64,000 bases of DNA, from NCBI RefSeq assembly GCF_056746865.1, contig NZ_CM163382.1, one strand, 5' to 3'. A program made the position numbers and the translations under genes. Shown piece by piece: positions 41,465 to 58,314 of the stretch (its first letter is position 1; each line of letters begins with the position of its first letter). Below the pieces are notes generated by a model. It was given only the letters and a program-made list of their open reading frames with translations, was not told the DNA's origin and searched no databases.

Positions 41465-43162
41465 TCACGGTTGGCGATCGCGCAAATGTGCGCTGAAGGT
41501 TTCAGCATCCATAAAGCCCGTGACGCGTGCTTGTGGATGCTCCTGGCCTTGTCCGTCAAAAAAGAGAATTGTCGGTAGGCCAAGGACATTAAGATGCTTT
41601 AACAGCGCCACATCTTGTGCGTCGTTGGCAGTGACGTTGGCCTGAAGTAATACCGTGTCTGCTAACGCTTTTTGCACCTGCGGGTCGCTGAAGGTGTATT
41701 TCTCAAACTCTTTACAGGCGACGCACCAGTCGGCATAGAGATCTAACATCACCGGTTTGCCTTTGGCTTCAACGAGCGCCTGATTTAACTCATCTACCGT
41801 TTTGATTTGTGTAAAGTTGAGATGCGTCTGAGTTTGCGCGGTATGCGTCGCACCAAATGCCCAATCCTGAAGTGGGCGCACGCTAACTAATGCCGCTGCC
41901 AGCAGGATTATTTGCACCACGCGCATCCAGCCGCGTTTGGCCTGTAGGCTGGTGATAAAGGCCCAGCCAAAGAATGCGACACCAAGCGCCGACCACAAGC
42001 GTAATCCCCATATATCACCAATCACTCGCTCCAGCAGGAAGACCGGCAGTGCGAGGATCACAAAACCAAACGCGGTTTTGACTTGTTCCATCCACGGGCC
42101 GCTTTTCGGCAGCAGGCGGTTACCAAAGACGGTTATTAGCATCAGCGGCAGGCCCATGCCCAACGCATAGAGATAAAGCGTGCCGCCCCCCAGCAACATG
42201 TTCCCGCTTTGGGCGATATACAGCAGAATCGCGCTAAGCGGTGCGGTGGTGCATGGTGAACAGATCAGTCCGGCAATCGCCCCCATAACAAACACACCGC
42301 CAGGTGAGCCGCCCTGTTGGCGATTGCTCATCAGCGTGAGACGTGTTTGCAGCGAAGAGGGGAGTTGCAGAGTAAACAAGCCAAACATTGACATCGCCAG
42401 CAAGGTAAAGACGATAGCGAGGCCAATGAGCACGTATGGGTGCTGTAGCGCCGCCTGGAACTGTAACCCTGCGGCGGCAACCACCAGACCCAGTGCCGTG
42501 TAAGTCAGCGCCATCCCCTGCACATAAATAAAGGTCAGCAACAATGCTCTGGCAGTGGAGAGCCGCTGTTTACCGCCCAGCACGATACCAGAAATCAGTG
42601 GGTACATTGGCAGCACGCATGGCGTAAAGGCGATACCAATACCGATCAACAACGCCCAGAGCGCGGAAAAGGGCAATTGCGCGGTGGGCTGCTCTTGCTG
42701 CGGAACAGACACAGGCTGTGGCGCTGAGTTGTTGACGACCACTTCGCTTAACGGAACGGTTTTGGTTTCTGGCGGATAACAGAAACCGGCATCAGCACAG
42801 CCCTGGTAGGTGACAGTTAACGTCGCTCCCGCACTCGCCTTGTTGATGGTTACGGGAAGCGTCAGCCGATCGCGGTAAATCTCGCTTTTGCCGTAAAACT
42901 CATCTTCATGCCAGACGCCTTGCGGCAGCTGTACGTCGGCAATTTTCGCGTGTTCCGGCGTAATGCGGATCTGTTTACGGTAGAGGTAATAACCGTCTTT
43001 GATCTGCCAGGTCAGATTCAGGTCATGTTGGTTTTGCTGAAAATCAAAAGCAAAGGCTTGATCCGCGGGGACAAATTGTGAACGTCCCGGCGCGTCGAAT
43101 AATCCGGCAAAAACGGAAGTGCTGCAAAGTAGCAGGATCAGCGTAAAGATGCGTTGAGCCAT
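41465..43162 (-). CDS. dsbD: thiol:disulfide interchange protein DsbD
   Basis: Start [19 protein letters not shown]...; C-terminal thioredoxin-like CVACK motif. The track ORF extends 27 codons upstream. Confidence 0.9.
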
Positions 43163-43476
43163 GAGAGGTAATCTGTGTCTCCGTGTGTAACAGGTAAAAC
43201 CAGAAGTTCCGGGGTTTGATATGGATGATGAGACTTCAGGCATTCCAGCAGTGCCTGCTGGTGAGATACGGTAGTTTTTAAAATCATCTGCACTTCGTAT
43301 TCTTGCTCCAGCTTACCTTCCCAGTAATAAAGAGAGGTTGCGCCGGGGATCAAGGTCGCGCAGGCCGCCAGTTTTTCCGCCAGCACTTTGGCGGCTAAAT
43401 CCTGGGCTGTCGCTTCATCCGGTGCCGTACATAGCACCACGACAGACGCGGTATTCGAACTTTTTTCATCAAGCAT
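43138..43476 (-). CDS. cutA: divalent-cation tolerance protein CutA
   Basis: [44 protein letters not shown]...; overlaps the dsbD start. Confidence 0.9.
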
Positions 43477-43590
43477 AAACACCTCGCAAGAACAGATGGA
43501 ACCGCAAGAGAGAGGTCACTATACAACGGACGGGGGAAGGATGTTAGTCGGCGGGAAAGAAAGCGGGGCCTGAAGCCCCGCGATTGATCA

Positions 43591-44892
43591 TTACAGCATG
43601 AAGCTACCCAGCACGAAGCCGAAGCAAACGGCCAGGGCAACACCCAGAGTACCCGGGATGAAGAACGGATGGTTGAAGACGAATTTACCGATACGGGTTG
43701 TACCCGTGTCATCCATCTGTACCGCAGCAACCAGCGTCGGGTAGGTCGGCAGAATGAACAGACCTGACACCGCAGCGAAAGAAGCAACAGCGGTCAGCGG
43801 AGAAACGTTCAGTGCCAGAGCCATCGGCATCAGTGCTTTTGCGGTTGCAGCCTGAGAGTACAGCAGAGCAGAAGCAAAGAAGAAGATGACGGCCAGCAGC
43901 CACGGATGACCCTGAATCACTTCACCAGCGGTATCTTTGATCCAGTCGATGTTGTTGGAAACGAAAGTATCGCCCAGCCACGCAACACCCAGGATACAAA
44001 TACAGGCGCTCATACCTGCTTTGAAGGTGCTGGAGTTGAGGATGTTGTCGGTATCGACTTTACAGATAACGGTGGTCAGAGTTGCAACGCTGAGCATGAT
44101 GATCAGGATTGCGTTGGTGGTGTTCATCAGCGGTTTTTCAACCAGACCCATGCTTGGGCTGTTGATGATTGCATAGATAACCACGCCAACTACGCCCAGC
44201 AGGAATAGCCAGACGGACGTTTTTGCACCGGATTTGATTTCAATCTGCTTTTCACCGCGCAGTTCAACCAGGCCTTCTTCCAGACGCTTGCGATAAATCG
44301 GATCGTCAGAGAGTTTGGAGTTGAACAGCATAGTGACCAGGAAGGACATCACCAGAACCGCCAGCAGGGTGGACGGGATGACCACGGAGAGCAGATGGAG
44401 GTAGCTGATGCCATGACCTTCCATTACGGAAGACATGTAAACCACTGCTGCTGAGATTGGCGATGCGGTGATCGCAATCTGCGCGGATACCACTGCAGTA
44501 GACAGCGGACGGCAAGGTTTGACGCCTTGTTCCTTCGCAACTTCAGCGATAACTGGCAGTGTCGCCAGAGAGATGTTGCCAGTACCAGCAAAGATTGTCA
44601 GGAAATAGGTCACGATCGGCGCGAGGATCGTGATGTATTTCGGGTTACGGCGCAGCAGCTTTTCTGTCTGATGAACCAGATAGTCCAGACCGCCAGCAAC
44701 CTGCATGGCAGAAATAGCGGCGATAACCGCCATGATAATGGAAATGACATCGAACGGGATGTTACCGGGTTTAACGCCAATAGCGGCAAGAACCAGCACC
44801 CCCAATCCGCCTGCAAAACCAATACCTATTCCCCCCAATCTGGCGCCCAAGAAGATCGCCAGCAAAACTATGATGAGTTCTACAACTAGCAT
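43591..44892 (-). CDS. dcuA: anaerobic C4-dicarboxylate transporter DcuA
   Basis: 433-aa polytopic membrane protein directly downstream of aspA. Confidence 0.9.
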   Translation of the reverse strand: MLVVELIIVLLAIFLGARLGGIGIGFAGGLGVLVLAAIGVKPGNIPFDVISIIMAVIAAISAMQVAGGLDYLVHQTEKLLRRNPKYITILAPIVTYFLTIFAGTGNISLATLPVIAEVAKEQGVKPCRPLSTAVVSAQIAITASPISAAVVYMSSVMEGHGISYLHLLSVVIPSTLLAVLVMSFLVTMLFNSKLSDDPIYRKRLEEGLVELRGEKQIEIKSGAKTSVWLFLLGVVGVVIYAIINSPSMGLVEKPLMNTTNAILIIMLSVATLTTVICKVDTDNILNSSTFKAGMSACICILGVAWLGDTFVSNNIDWIKDTAGEVIQGHPWLLAVIFFFASALLYSQAATAKALMPMALALNVSPLTAVASFAAVSGLFILPTYPTLVAAVQMDDTGTTRIGKFVFNHPFFIPGTLGVALAVCFGFVLGSFML

Positions 44893-45009
44893 ATTAGCCT
44901 TCCTTGTTTTTTAACAAGTTGATATTGGATTGTTATTTTTAAGTTACTGCTCACAAGAAAAAAGGCACGTCATCTGACGTGCCTTCTTTATTTGTACTAC
45001 CCTGTACGA

Positions 45010-46446
45010 TTACTGTTCGCTTTCATCAGTATAGCGTTTTGCTTTGTAAGCCGGGTGCATCAGATTCTGTACGGAGAAAATATCGTCAAGTTCCGCTTCA
45101 GTCAACAGACCGCGTTCCAGAACGACTTCACGTACACTCTTACCGGTTTCGGCACAGATTTTACCCACGATGTCACCGTTGTGGTGACCGATGAACGGGT
45201 TCAGGTAAGTAACGATACCGATAGAGTTGTAAACGTAACCTTCGCACACTTCTTTGTTAGCAGTGATGCCGTTAATGCATTTTTCCAGCAGGTTGTAGCA
45301 AGCGTTGGTCAGAATGTGAACGGATTCAAACATGGCCTGGCCAATGACCGGCTCCATAACGTTCAACTGCAGCTGACCTGCTTCTGCGGCCATGGTAACA
45401 GTGGTGTCGTTACCGATGACTTTGAAGCATACCTGGTTAACCACTTCCGGAACAACCGGGTTTACTTTAGCTGGCATGATGGAAGAGCCCGCCTGCAGTT
45501 CCGGCAGGTTGATCTCGTTCAGGCCGGCACGTGGGCCAGAAGAGAGCAAGCGCAGGTCGTTACAGATTTTGGACATCTTCACAGCCAGGCGTTTCAGCGC
45601 GCCGTGAACCATAACATAAGCGCCGCAGTCAGAGGTCGCTTCGATCAGGTCTTCAGCCGGTACGCATGGGAAGCCAGTGACTTCAGCCAGTTTTTTCACT
45701 GCCAGCGGAGAGTACTCTTTCGGCGTGTTCAGACCAGTACCGATTGCTGTTGCGCCAAGGTTAACTTCCAGCAGCAGTTCAGCGGTACGTTGGATATTTT
45801 TCACTTCTTCTTTCAGCAGGATGCTGAAAGCGCGGAATTCCTGACCGAGGGTCATCGGTACTGCGTCCTGCAGCTGGGTACGACCCATTTTCAGGATGTC
45901 CTGGAATTCGACAGCTTTACGTTCAAAGCCTTCACGCAGTTGGTTAATCGCATCTACCAGCTTAATCAGGGAAGAGTAAACTGCGATACGGAAACCGGTC
46001 GGGTAGGCGTCGTTAGTGGACTGACATTTGTTAACATGGTCGTTCGGGTTCAGGTACTGATATTCACCTTTCTGGTGACCCATCAGTTCCAGACCGATAT
46101 TGGCCAGCACTTCGTTGGTGTTCATGTTTACGGAAGTACCTGCGCCGCCCTGGTAGACGTCTACCGGGAACTGATCCATGCATTTTCCGTTGTTCAGGAC
46201 TTCATCACATGCGGCAATGATGGCATTCGCTACACTTTTAGGAATGGTTTGCAGCTCTTTGTTTGCCATAGCTGCGGCTTTTTTAACCATTACCATACCG
46301 CGAACAAATTCAGGAATATCACTGATTTTGTTGTTGCTGATATAGAAGTTTTCAATCGCTCTCAGAGTGTGAACACCATAGTAGGCATCAGCTGGAACTT
46401 CCCTGGTACCCAACAGATCTTCTTCGATACGAATGTTGTTTGACAT
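45010..46446 (-). CDS. aspA: aspartate ammonia-lyase
   Basis: [34 protein letters not shown]... and the [10 protein letters not shown] signature. The track ORF extends 15 codons upstream. Confidence 0.95.
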
Positions 46447-46782
46447 GTGAACCTTCTTTTTCAAGCTGCCAATGATTTGCTTTAAACACACAGAATATAT
46501 GTGGTTTCGAATGTTTTTCGACCGACGATTATCCCCTGCATCGACCGAATACCCGAGATCATATGCTGCTTGAGGATTTCTACCGTAATCTGGATCACTT
46601 TAAGTGTCGGTTTTTACCCCTTAATTATTAATTTGTGAAATAGATCACCGCTTTGGGATTACTACCAAAAATAGTTGCGCAAACATCTTGAAATTTTGCT
46701 AATGACCACAATATAAGCTGAACGCGATTCGCAACCCATTCAGGTAGCCGGGTTTAACCGGCTGCTATTACAGGAGAAACCT

Positions 46783-47259
46783 TTGCGCTGGTTACCTTTT
46801 ATTGCCATTTTTCTTTATGTCTATATTGAGATTTCAATCTTTATTCAGGTTGCCCATGTATTGGGGGTATTGCTGACCCTCGTGCTGGTTATATTCACGT
46901 CAGTTATCGGTATGTCACTGGTACGCAACCAGGGCTTTAAGAATTTCGTGCTGATGCAGCAAAAAATGGCGGCGGGTGAAAACCCAGCGGCGGAGATGAT
47001 TAAAAGTGTTTCGCTGATCATTGCTGGTTTGCTGCTTTTATTACCGGGCTTTTTTACCGACTTCCTCGGTCTTCTGCTTTTATTGCCGCCGGTGCAAAAG
47101 CATCTGACAGTGAAGTTGATGCCGCATTTGCGCTTTTCTCGCATGCCAGGCGGCGGTTTTAGCGCCGGGACCGGTGGCGGTAATACTTTTGATGGTGAGT
47201 ACCAGCGAAAGGATGATGACCGCGACCGCCTTGATCATAAAGACGATCGCCAGGATTAA
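46783..47259 (+). CDS. fxsA: FxsA inner-membrane protein
   Basis: MRWLPFIAIFLYVYIEISIFIQVAHVLGVLLTLVLVIF..., TTG start, acidic C-terminal tail. Confidence 0.85.
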   Translation: MRWLPFIAIFLYVYIEISIFIQVAHVLGVLLTLVLVIFTSVIGMSLVRNQGFKNFVLMQQKMAAGENPAAEMIKSVSLIIAGLLLLLPGFFTDFLGLLLLLPPVQKHLTVKLMPHLRFSRMPGGGFSAGTGGGNTFDGEYQRKDDDRDRLDHKDDRQD

Positions 47260-47274
47260 TGTCGAAACGCCGGA

Positions 47275-48531
47275 TTATGTGGTTATGCCATTTTCCGGCG
47301 TTTTTCGTTTTGGCAGAAACAGCCATAACCCCGCCAGCATGATCAGCGCATAGAGACTTTTCCAGCCGACCATTGCCAGTAACAGAACGCATAACAGCCC
47401 GCCAACCACCGCCAGTAGTCGATAACGTCCTTGCAATAATTTACAACCTGCCAGCATGCATAACAGATAAATCATAATAAAGATGCCATTGGCATAAATA
47501 ATAAGAGCGTCCAGATTGATCTCTAAAGCATGAATCACCAACGTGCTCACCACGCAGCAGCCGAGTACCGCATTGAGGGCATTATTCGGGATATGACGAG
47601 AAGAGAGGCGTGCCAGGTAGTGGTCAGGATTATGTTGCGCCTGCGACCAGACCAGGCGGGCGAAGCTCTGTATATAAATGTTGAGACTGGCAAAGCAGGC
47701 CAGATAGCCAATCACGCAGGCAATCCATAACGCTCCTACACCGAACAGTTGCACTACAATTTTTGGAAGCGATGCTGCTGCCGCCATTTGTTCACCATAG
47801 GCGTCGAAGTGTAAGACGACTACCGTACAGCCCCAGTAGACTAATCCTGCCAGCAGCAGACCAATCATCAAAGCACGAGGAAAATCACGCTCTGGATTTT
47901 TAAATTCCGAGGCAAGATGGGCAAATGCTTCCAGACCGACAAAGCACCAGAACATCACTGATAACGCAGCAAATAACCCGGTAAGTTCGATATTACCAGG
48001 TGCAGGGAAGGGGATACTCGCAGGTTTGATATCGCCCGCCCACCAGATAGCGACAATCAGCGCGACGATAAGTCCGGCAATAACTGTTTGTAGATTAGCA
48101 CTGGAACTGGCACCGCGAGTACCGATATACCACACCAGCGCCAGCGTACCGAGTTCTGCCAACAACAGTTGCCAGCTATGCCAGCCAAACATTGCCTGGC
48201 CGAACCCGGCAGCAATTTGTAACGCGGCAGGCAAACCCACGGGAATGACCGATAAAAACAACCAGCCGGTGACTCGCTCAAGCCGCGAACCAAACGCCAT
48301 ACCGACGAAGTGCGCGACACCGCCTGCGCTGGGATAGTGGCGACCCAGAATCGCAAACACAATCGCAATCGGGAACACTAAGATAATCAAAACGGGCCAC
48401 GCCCACAGGCTGTTATTGCCTGCTACCAGTGCAGCTAACGCAGGAACGGCAAACACGCCGGTGCCTAATAATGACGTCGATAGCAGGCCAATGCCCTGGG
48501 CCAGCCCCAGTTCTTGTTTGAGTCCACTCAT
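47275..48531 (-). CDS. yjeH: amino-acid exporter YjeH (APC family)
   Basis: MSGLKQELGLAQGIGLLSTSLLGTGVFAVPALAAL...; the track ORF extends 20 codons upstream. Confidence 0.85.
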   Translation of the reverse strand: MSGLKQELGLAQGIGLLSTSLLGTGVFAVPALAALVAGNNSLWAWPVLIILVFPIAIVFAILGRHYPSAGGVAHFVGMAFGSRLERVTGWLFLSVIPVGLPAALQIAAGFGQAMFGWHSWQLLLAELGTLALVWYIGTRGASSSANLQTVIAGLIVALIVAIWWAGDIKPASIPFPAPGNIELTGLFAALSVMFWCFVGLEAFAHLASEFKNPERDFPRALMIGLLLAGLVYWGCTVVVLHFDAYGEQMAAAASLPKIVVQLFGVGALWIACVIGYLACFASLNIYIQSFARLVWSQAQHNPDHYLARLSSRHIPNNALNAVLGCCVVSTLVIHALEINLDALIIYANGIFIMIYLLCMLAGCKLLQGRYRLLAVVGGLLCVLLLAMVGWKSLYALIMLAGLWLFLPKRKTPENGITT

Positions 48532-48689
48532 GGGTTGATGTCCGATTGCGCCCAAATTATGGGCAACTGCGTAGATTTTCGATGGTAGCACAATCAGATT
48601 CGCTTATGACGGTGATGAAGAAATTGCGATGAAATGTGAGGTGAATCAGGGTTTTCACCCGATTTTGTGCTGATCAGAATTTTTTTTCT

Positions 48690-48730
48690 TTTTCCCCCTT
48701 GAAGGGGCGAAGCCTCATCCCCATTTCTCT
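48690..48730 (+). promoter_or_regulatory. groESL sigma-32 heat-shock promoter
   Basis: TTTCCCCCTTGAAGGGGCGAAGCCTCATCCCCATTTCTC contains the sigma-32 -35 (CCCCCTTGAA) and -10 (CCCCATTT) elements upstream of groES. Confidence 0.75.
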
Positions 48731-48755
48731 GGTCACCAGCCGGGAAACCACGTAA

Positions 48756-49100
<345 letters not shown>

Positions 49101-49131
49101 TCCGCGCACGACACTGAACATACGAATTTAA

Positions 49132-50790
<1,659 letters not shown>

Positions 50791-50816
50791 TTGCCCTGCA
50801 CCTCGCAGAAATAAAC

Positions 50817-50850
50817 AAACCCCCGGGCAGAAATGTCTGGGGGTTTTTCT
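50817..50850 (+). terminator. rho-independent terminator of groESL
   Basis: AAACCCCCGGGCAGAAATGTCTGGGGGTTTTTCTTTT: GC-rich hairpin followed by a T tract. Confidence 0.8.
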
Positions 50851-50927
50851 TTTGGTCATCTTTCTAGTATAAGATTCAGACACGGACGACGCGAGTGGCG
50901 TCCAGCTCATTGATTATGGGGAATAAC

Positions 50928-51281
50928 ATGCACGTAAAATACTTAGCAGGGATTGTCGGTGCCGCGCTACTGATGGCGGGTTGTAGCTCCAGCAACGAAT
51001 TGAGTGCTGCCGGTCAGAGTGTACGCATTGTGGACGAGCAGCCAGGCGCAGAGTGCCAGCTGATTGGTACTGCGACAGGTAAGCAAAGCAACTGGCTTTC
51101 CGGGCAACACGGTGAAGAGGGCGGTTCTATGCGCGGCGCAGCAAACGATCTGCGCAACCAGGCTGCTGCAATGGGCGGTAACGTGATTTATGGCATCAGC
51201 AGCCCGTCGCAGGGGATGTTGTCCAGTTTTGTCCCGACGGATAGCCAGATTATCGGCCAGGTATATAAGTGCCCGAACTGA
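50928..51281 (+). CDS. yjeI: lipoprotein YjeI
   Basis: MHVKYLAGIVGAALLMAGCSS... (lipobox LMAGC); the track ORF extends 11 codons upstream. Confidence 0.8.
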   Translation: MHVKYLAGIVGAALLMAGCSSSNELSAAGQSVRIVDEQPGAECQLIGTATGKQSNWLSGQHGEEGGSMRGAANDLRNQAAAMGGNVIYGISSPSQGMLSSFVPTDSQIIGQVYKCPN

Positions 51282-51330
51282 TGGGATCCAGAGGCTGGAT
51301 ACTTCCAGCCTCGTAGTAAAACAGATGGGA

Positions 51331-52200
51331 TTATTTCGCCTGTGGTGCAGTTTTGCTGGTGGATTGAACACGTAAGTGATGTAGCGCGCGTAAGCATTGA
51401 TCCTGGGTTAGCGGTTGGGCGTTATTTGCCGCTACGGTGCGAACATAGACCTGACATGGTACACCCGCGAGTTTTTTCAGTCGTGGGCTGAAATCAAGCA
51501 TTCGGCGAGTGATCGCCTCCACTTCTTTACCCGGCGTTGCTTCACGCGTTTTCACCACTGCGCCGCTAAATTGTTCTTTGCCACTTTCATCTTTAAAGCG
51601 GTAAAGCACCGCCAGATAATGGTTGAACAAGTTATGTTTCCATTCCGGTTGGGAATAGGTGTCATATTCCAGATTGCCATTGTCCTGGCAGTCAACATCG
51701 TATAACGGTAGGAAATCTAACAGTGAGGTAATACGTAATGCCAGTTCACGCATTTCCGCATTATTAATTGCATGAATGATTGCTCGCGCCAGCATTTCAA
51801 TCTGCAATTCATTGATGACTAATTCACATTTGCTACCGTCATGTAGCGTTAATACGAAGGTAAGATTTTCACCCTGATTATCGGTAAGTTCCAGCGTGTT
51901 AACCCGACGATTAATATCGGCATTTTTAAGCTCATCAACCAGAATTTCTGGGATATTTTCTGCCATTTTCTTAATGACTTTATCGCGAGCTTGCTCATAC
52001 TGAAGGCGTGCAGCAGCATCCAGTTTATGCTTTTGATGCAAACGGCTTTCCAGCGCAATCAGAAGGTCGCGCAGTTCCATGACAGACAGAAAGAACAACG
52101 ATTCTTTATTGCGAGGCTCTTTAATTTTCAGCGCCAGTGCAATGAAATTATTGCTCTTGCGAATAACACCGGTATTAACACCCTTGATGCTTATGGCCAT
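51331..52200 (-). CDS. yjeJ: uncharacterised protein YjeJ
   Basis: 289-aa ORF at the conserved position between yjeI and epmB. Confidence 0.75.
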   Translation of the reverse strand: MAISIKGVNTGVIRKSNNFIALALKIKEPRNKESLFFLSVMELRDLLIALESRLHQKHKLDAAARLQYEQARDKVIKKMAENIPEILVDELKNADINRRVNTLELTDNQGENLTFVLTLHDGSKCELVINELQIEMLARAIIHAINNAEMRELALRITSLLDFLPLYDVDCQDNGNLEYDTYSQPEWKHNLFNHYLAVLYRFKDESGKEQFSGAVVKTREATPGKEVEAITRRMLDFSPRLKKLAGVPCQVYVRTVAANNAQPLTQDQCLRALHHLRVQSTSKTAPQAK

Positions 52201-52434
52201 GTAGGTTCTCCCTAACCATTTCTCAATTAAATAATTAATTTTAATTTATAAGCCAGATAAATGGGCTTGGTAGTAATAGTTGTTAAAATAACATAAATAG
52301 CCGTGCTCACTCTATATAAACAGAAAAGAAAGGTTAATTATTGGTGTTGGTTATATAAAAAGTAATAACAGCAATGTATATGAATAATTAAAGGTTATGC
52401 AACGTGCAAAGATTAAACTTCCCTGTTTAATCAG

Positions 52435-53463
52435 TTACTGCTGGCGTAGCTGGAGATCCAGCGGCGTTTTGCTGGGTTCGCCGCCAATTTCTCGCGCCAG
52501 TTTAGGCACCAGATATCCCGACACCAGTGTCAGCAACTCACGCATAATCTGCCGTGCTTCGTCATCACTCACCATAAAATGCGCCGCGCCCTGTACTTTA
52601 TCGAGCACATGCAGGTAATACGGCATCACGCCCGCATCGAACAACGCATTACTCAGGTTTGCCAGCGTTTGCGCGTTATCGTTCACACCACGTAACAGAA
52701 CGCTCTGGTTCAGCAAAGTAACGCCTACCCGGCGCAACTTAGCCATCGCCTGACGGAATGTTTCATCTACCTCATTGGCATGGTTGATGTGATTCACCAG
52801 CAAGATTTGCAGCGTAGAATGTGAAAAGTGTTCAACCAGCGCATCTGTGATGCGTGCCGGGATCACAATCGGCAGACGGCTGTGAATCCGCAGACGTTTG
52901 ATATGCGGGATGGCTTCCAGTTGTGTGAGCAACCAGTCCAGCTCGTGATCTTTCGCCATCAGCGGATCGCCGCCGGAGAAAATCATCTCGTCCAGTTCCG
53001 GATGCGCAGCAACATACTCAAGTGCAGTTTGCCAGTTACGCTTGTTGCCCTGATTTTCGGCATAGGGGAAGTGGCGACGGAAGCAATAGCGGCAATTTAC
53101 CGCGCAGCCGCCTTTGACCAGCAAAAGCGCCCGGTTGTGGTATTTATGCAACAAACCTGGCACTACGCTGTGCTGTTCTTCCAGCGGGTCGGTGGAGAAT
53201 CCGGGCGCGACGACAAACTCATCTTGCGAGGTAATTACCTGACGCAAAAGCGGATCGTTCGGATTGCCTTTCTCCATGCGATCGATAAATGAGCGGGGCA
53301 CACGCAGGGCAAACAGCTTTTTGGCGCTGCGTCCGGCCAACAGTTTTTCGTCCGCGTCTATATTCAAAAGACGCAGAAGTTCATCAGGATCGGTCACAAC
53401 ATCGGCAAGTTGCGTTAACCAATCTTCTCTGGATGGGGTATTTAGGGTTACAATATGCGCCAT
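52435..53463 (-). CDS. epmB: EF-P beta-lysylation enzyme, lysine 2,3-aminomutase-like (EpmB/YjeK)
   Basis: 342 aa with the radical-SAM motif CAVNCRYC; divergent from efp. Confidence 0.9.
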   Translation of the reverse strand: MAHIVTLNTPSREDWLTQLADVVTDPDELLRLLNIDADEKLLAGRSAKKLFALRVPRSFIDRMEKGNPNDPLLRQVITSQDEFVVAPGFSTDPLEEQHSVVPGLLHKYHNRALLLVKGGCAVNCRYCFRRHFPYAENQGNKRNWQTALEYVAAHPELDEMIFSGGDPLMAKDHELDWLLTQLEAIPHIKRLRIHSRLPIVIPARITDALVEHFSHSTLQILLVNHINHANEVDETFRQAMAKLRRVGVTLLNQSVLLRGVNDNAQTLANLSNALFDAGVMPYYLHVLDKVQGAAHFMVSDDEARQIMRELLTLVSGYLVPKLAREIGGEPSKTPLDLQLRQQ

Positions 53464-53504
53464 TTTGTGGCTTAGCTACCAATTAACAAATTTCAGAGGG
53501 CCTT

Positions 53505-54071
53505 ATGGCAACGTACTATAGCAACGATTTTCGTGCTGGTCTTAAAATCATGTTAGACGGCGAACCTTACGCGGTTGAAGCGAGTGAATTCGTAAAACCG
53601 GGTAAAGGCCAGGCATTTGCTCGCGTTAAACTGCGTCGTCTGCTGACCGGTACTCGCGTAGAAAAAACCTTCAAATCTACTGATTCCGCTGAAGGCGCTG
53701 ATGTTGTCGATATGAACCTGACTTACCTGTACAACGACGGTGAGTTCTGGCACTTCATGAACAACGAAACTTTCGAGCAGCTGTCTGCTGATGCAAAAGC
53801 AATTGGCGACAACGCTAAATGGCTGCTGGATCAGGCAGAGTGTATCGTAACTCTGTGGAATGGTCAGCCGATCTCCGTTACTCCGCCGAACTTCGTTGAA
53901 CTGGAAATCGTGGATACCGATCCGGGCCTGAAAGGTGATACCGCAGGTACTGGCGGCAAACCGGCTACCCTGTCTACTGGCGCTGTGGTTAAAGTTCCGC
54001 TGTTTGTACAAATCGGCGAAGTCATCAAAGTGGATACCCGCTCTGGTGAATACGTCTCTCGCGTGAAGTAA
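53505..54071 (+). CDS. efp: elongation factor P
   Basis: 188 aa, [46 protein letters not shown]... Confidence 0.97.
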
Positions 54072-54122
54072 TGCGGTTGTGGTGCGGCCTGCAGGCTGCA
54101 CCATCACTTATTCAGGTCAGAG

Positions 54123-54248
54123 ATGATGAAACGCCTTATCGTTCTTGTTTTGCTTGCCAGTGCGCTGCTCACGGGCTGTAACACCGCTCGCGGTTTTGGT
54201 GAAGACATTAAACATCTCGGTAATTCCATCTCCCGCGCTGCCAGCTAA
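54123..54248 (+). CDS. ecnA: entericidin A lipoprotein
   Basis: 41 aa, MMKRLIVLVLLASALLTGCNTARGFGEDIKHLGNSISRAAS. Confidence 0.85.
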   Translation: MMKRLIVLVLLASALLTGCNTARGFGEDIKHLGNSISRAAS

Positions 54249-54358
54249 TTTTTCTTCTCTTCCGAAAAATCATCAGATTTCCATCATTTTTGGTGATGTT
54301 GTCTATTATTAATTTGCTATAGGCAAACATAAATAACATTACCTAAAAGGAAGACGTT

Positions 54359-54505
54359 ATGGTGAAGAAGACAATTGCAGCGATCTTTTCTGTTCTGGTG
54401 CTTTCAACAGTATTAACTGCCTGCAACACCACGCGTGGCGTTGGTGAAGACATTTCTGATGGCGGTAACGCGATTTCTGGCGCAGCAACGAAAGCGCAGC
54501 AGTAA
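54359..54505 (+). CDS. ecnB: entericidin B lipoprotein
   Basis: 48 aa, [48 protein letters not shown]. Confidence 0.85.
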
Positions 54506-54679
54506 GCAATAACGGTACGACAGTTATGTCGTGCCGTTTGTTTTTTTGCGATAGTCACAAAGGTAATAGTTGAAATTCCCCTGCCACCTGGCAAAATATC
54601 CGTTCAACCATCAGCTTTGCAGGACGACCTGCAAACGCCTCTTTTCACCGGGGACGGCCCCAATTCTCCGGAGCCTGAT

Positions 54680-54997
54680 ATGTCCTGGATTATCTTAGTT
54701 ATTGCTGGTCTGCTGGAAGTGGTATGGGCCGTTGGCCTGAAATATACCCACGGCTTTAGTCGTTTGACGCCAAGTGTTATTACTGTGACGGCGATGATTG
54801 TCAGTATGGCGCTACTTGCCTGGGCGATGAAATCGTTACCAGTAGGGACGGCTTATGCCGTGTGGACGGGTATTGGCGCAGTCGGCGCGGCCATCACCGG
54901 CATTGTGCTGCTCGGCGAGTCCGCTAACCCGATGCGCCTGGCGAGTCTGGCGTTAATCGTATTGGGGATTATTGGTCTGAAACTCAGCACTCACTAA
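54680..54997 (+). CDS. gdx: SMR-family guanidinium exporter Gdx (SugE)
   Basis: 105 aa, [36 protein letters not shown]... Confidence 0.9.
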   Translation: MSWIILVIAGLLEVVWAVGLKYTHGFSRLTPSVITVTAMIVSMALLAWAMKSLPVGTAYAVWTGIGAVGAAITGIVLLGESANPMRLASLALIVLGIIGLKLSTH

Positions 54998-55527
54998 CTA
55001 CCGGGCTGCTGTACCCAAATAAACTTACTGACATCAAACCCTTCCCGGGTCGCGACTGCCAGCATCTCCTGTTTCACTTCGTCAGAAATGGTTGGCGTGC
55101 GGGAGAGTATCCACAGGTAGTCGCGGTCCGGGCCGCAAACCAGCGCATGGCGGTATTCCCGATCGAGTGCAATAACGTTATAACCGCCATAGAAAGGACC
55201 AAAGAATGACACTTTCAGCGCAGCGCGAGTTGGTGCGCCGGTAAAGTACGCTTTCCCTTCACTCTGCTGCCACATTTCTCTGTCAGGGTTATAGCCTTTA
55301 TTAATGACATTCAGGCCGCCGTCATCCCGCAGGCTGTATGTTGCGGTGACTTTTTCCAGTCCACGTTCAAAGCGGTGATCAAAACGGGCAATCTCATACC
55401 AGGTACCGAGATAGCGTTTAGCATCGAAATTATTCACTACTGTCACGCCACGGGGCGGCGTAGGAGAACTGCAGGCAACGACCAGAAATGCAGCTGTCGC
55501 TGCGGCAACGAGAGGGAGCAGGCGCAT
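54994..55527 (-). CDS. blc: outer-membrane lipocalin Blc
   Basis: 177 aa with a signal/lipobox (LVVACSSP) and lipocalin motif; overlaps the gdx stop. Confidence 0.9.
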   Translation of the reverse strand: MRLLPLVAAATAAFLVVACSSPTPPRGVTVVNNFDAKRYLGTWYEIARFDHRFERGLEKVTATYSLRDDGGLNVINKGYNPDREMWQQSEGKAYFTGAPTRAALKVSFFGPFYGGYNVIALDREYRHALVCGPDRDYLWILSRTPTISDEVKQEMLAVATREGFDVSKFIWVQQPGS

Positions 55528-55615
55528 AAATGTTTCCTTACTGGTTTTTTTCTAAGTGTAGATGACAGCAAGGAAAAGCGGAGAAAAGGTCCAAAAATTC
55601 GGACCCGATGAAATT

Positions 55616-57171
<1,556 letters not shown>

Positions 57172-57181
57172 CTCAGGCTCC

Positions 57182-58314
<1,133 letters not shown>

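Noticed and set aside
44992..46443. 483-aa ORF on the plus strand across aspA
   Set aside because: Antisense shadow ORF of aspA; aspA on the minus strand matches the known protein along its full length.
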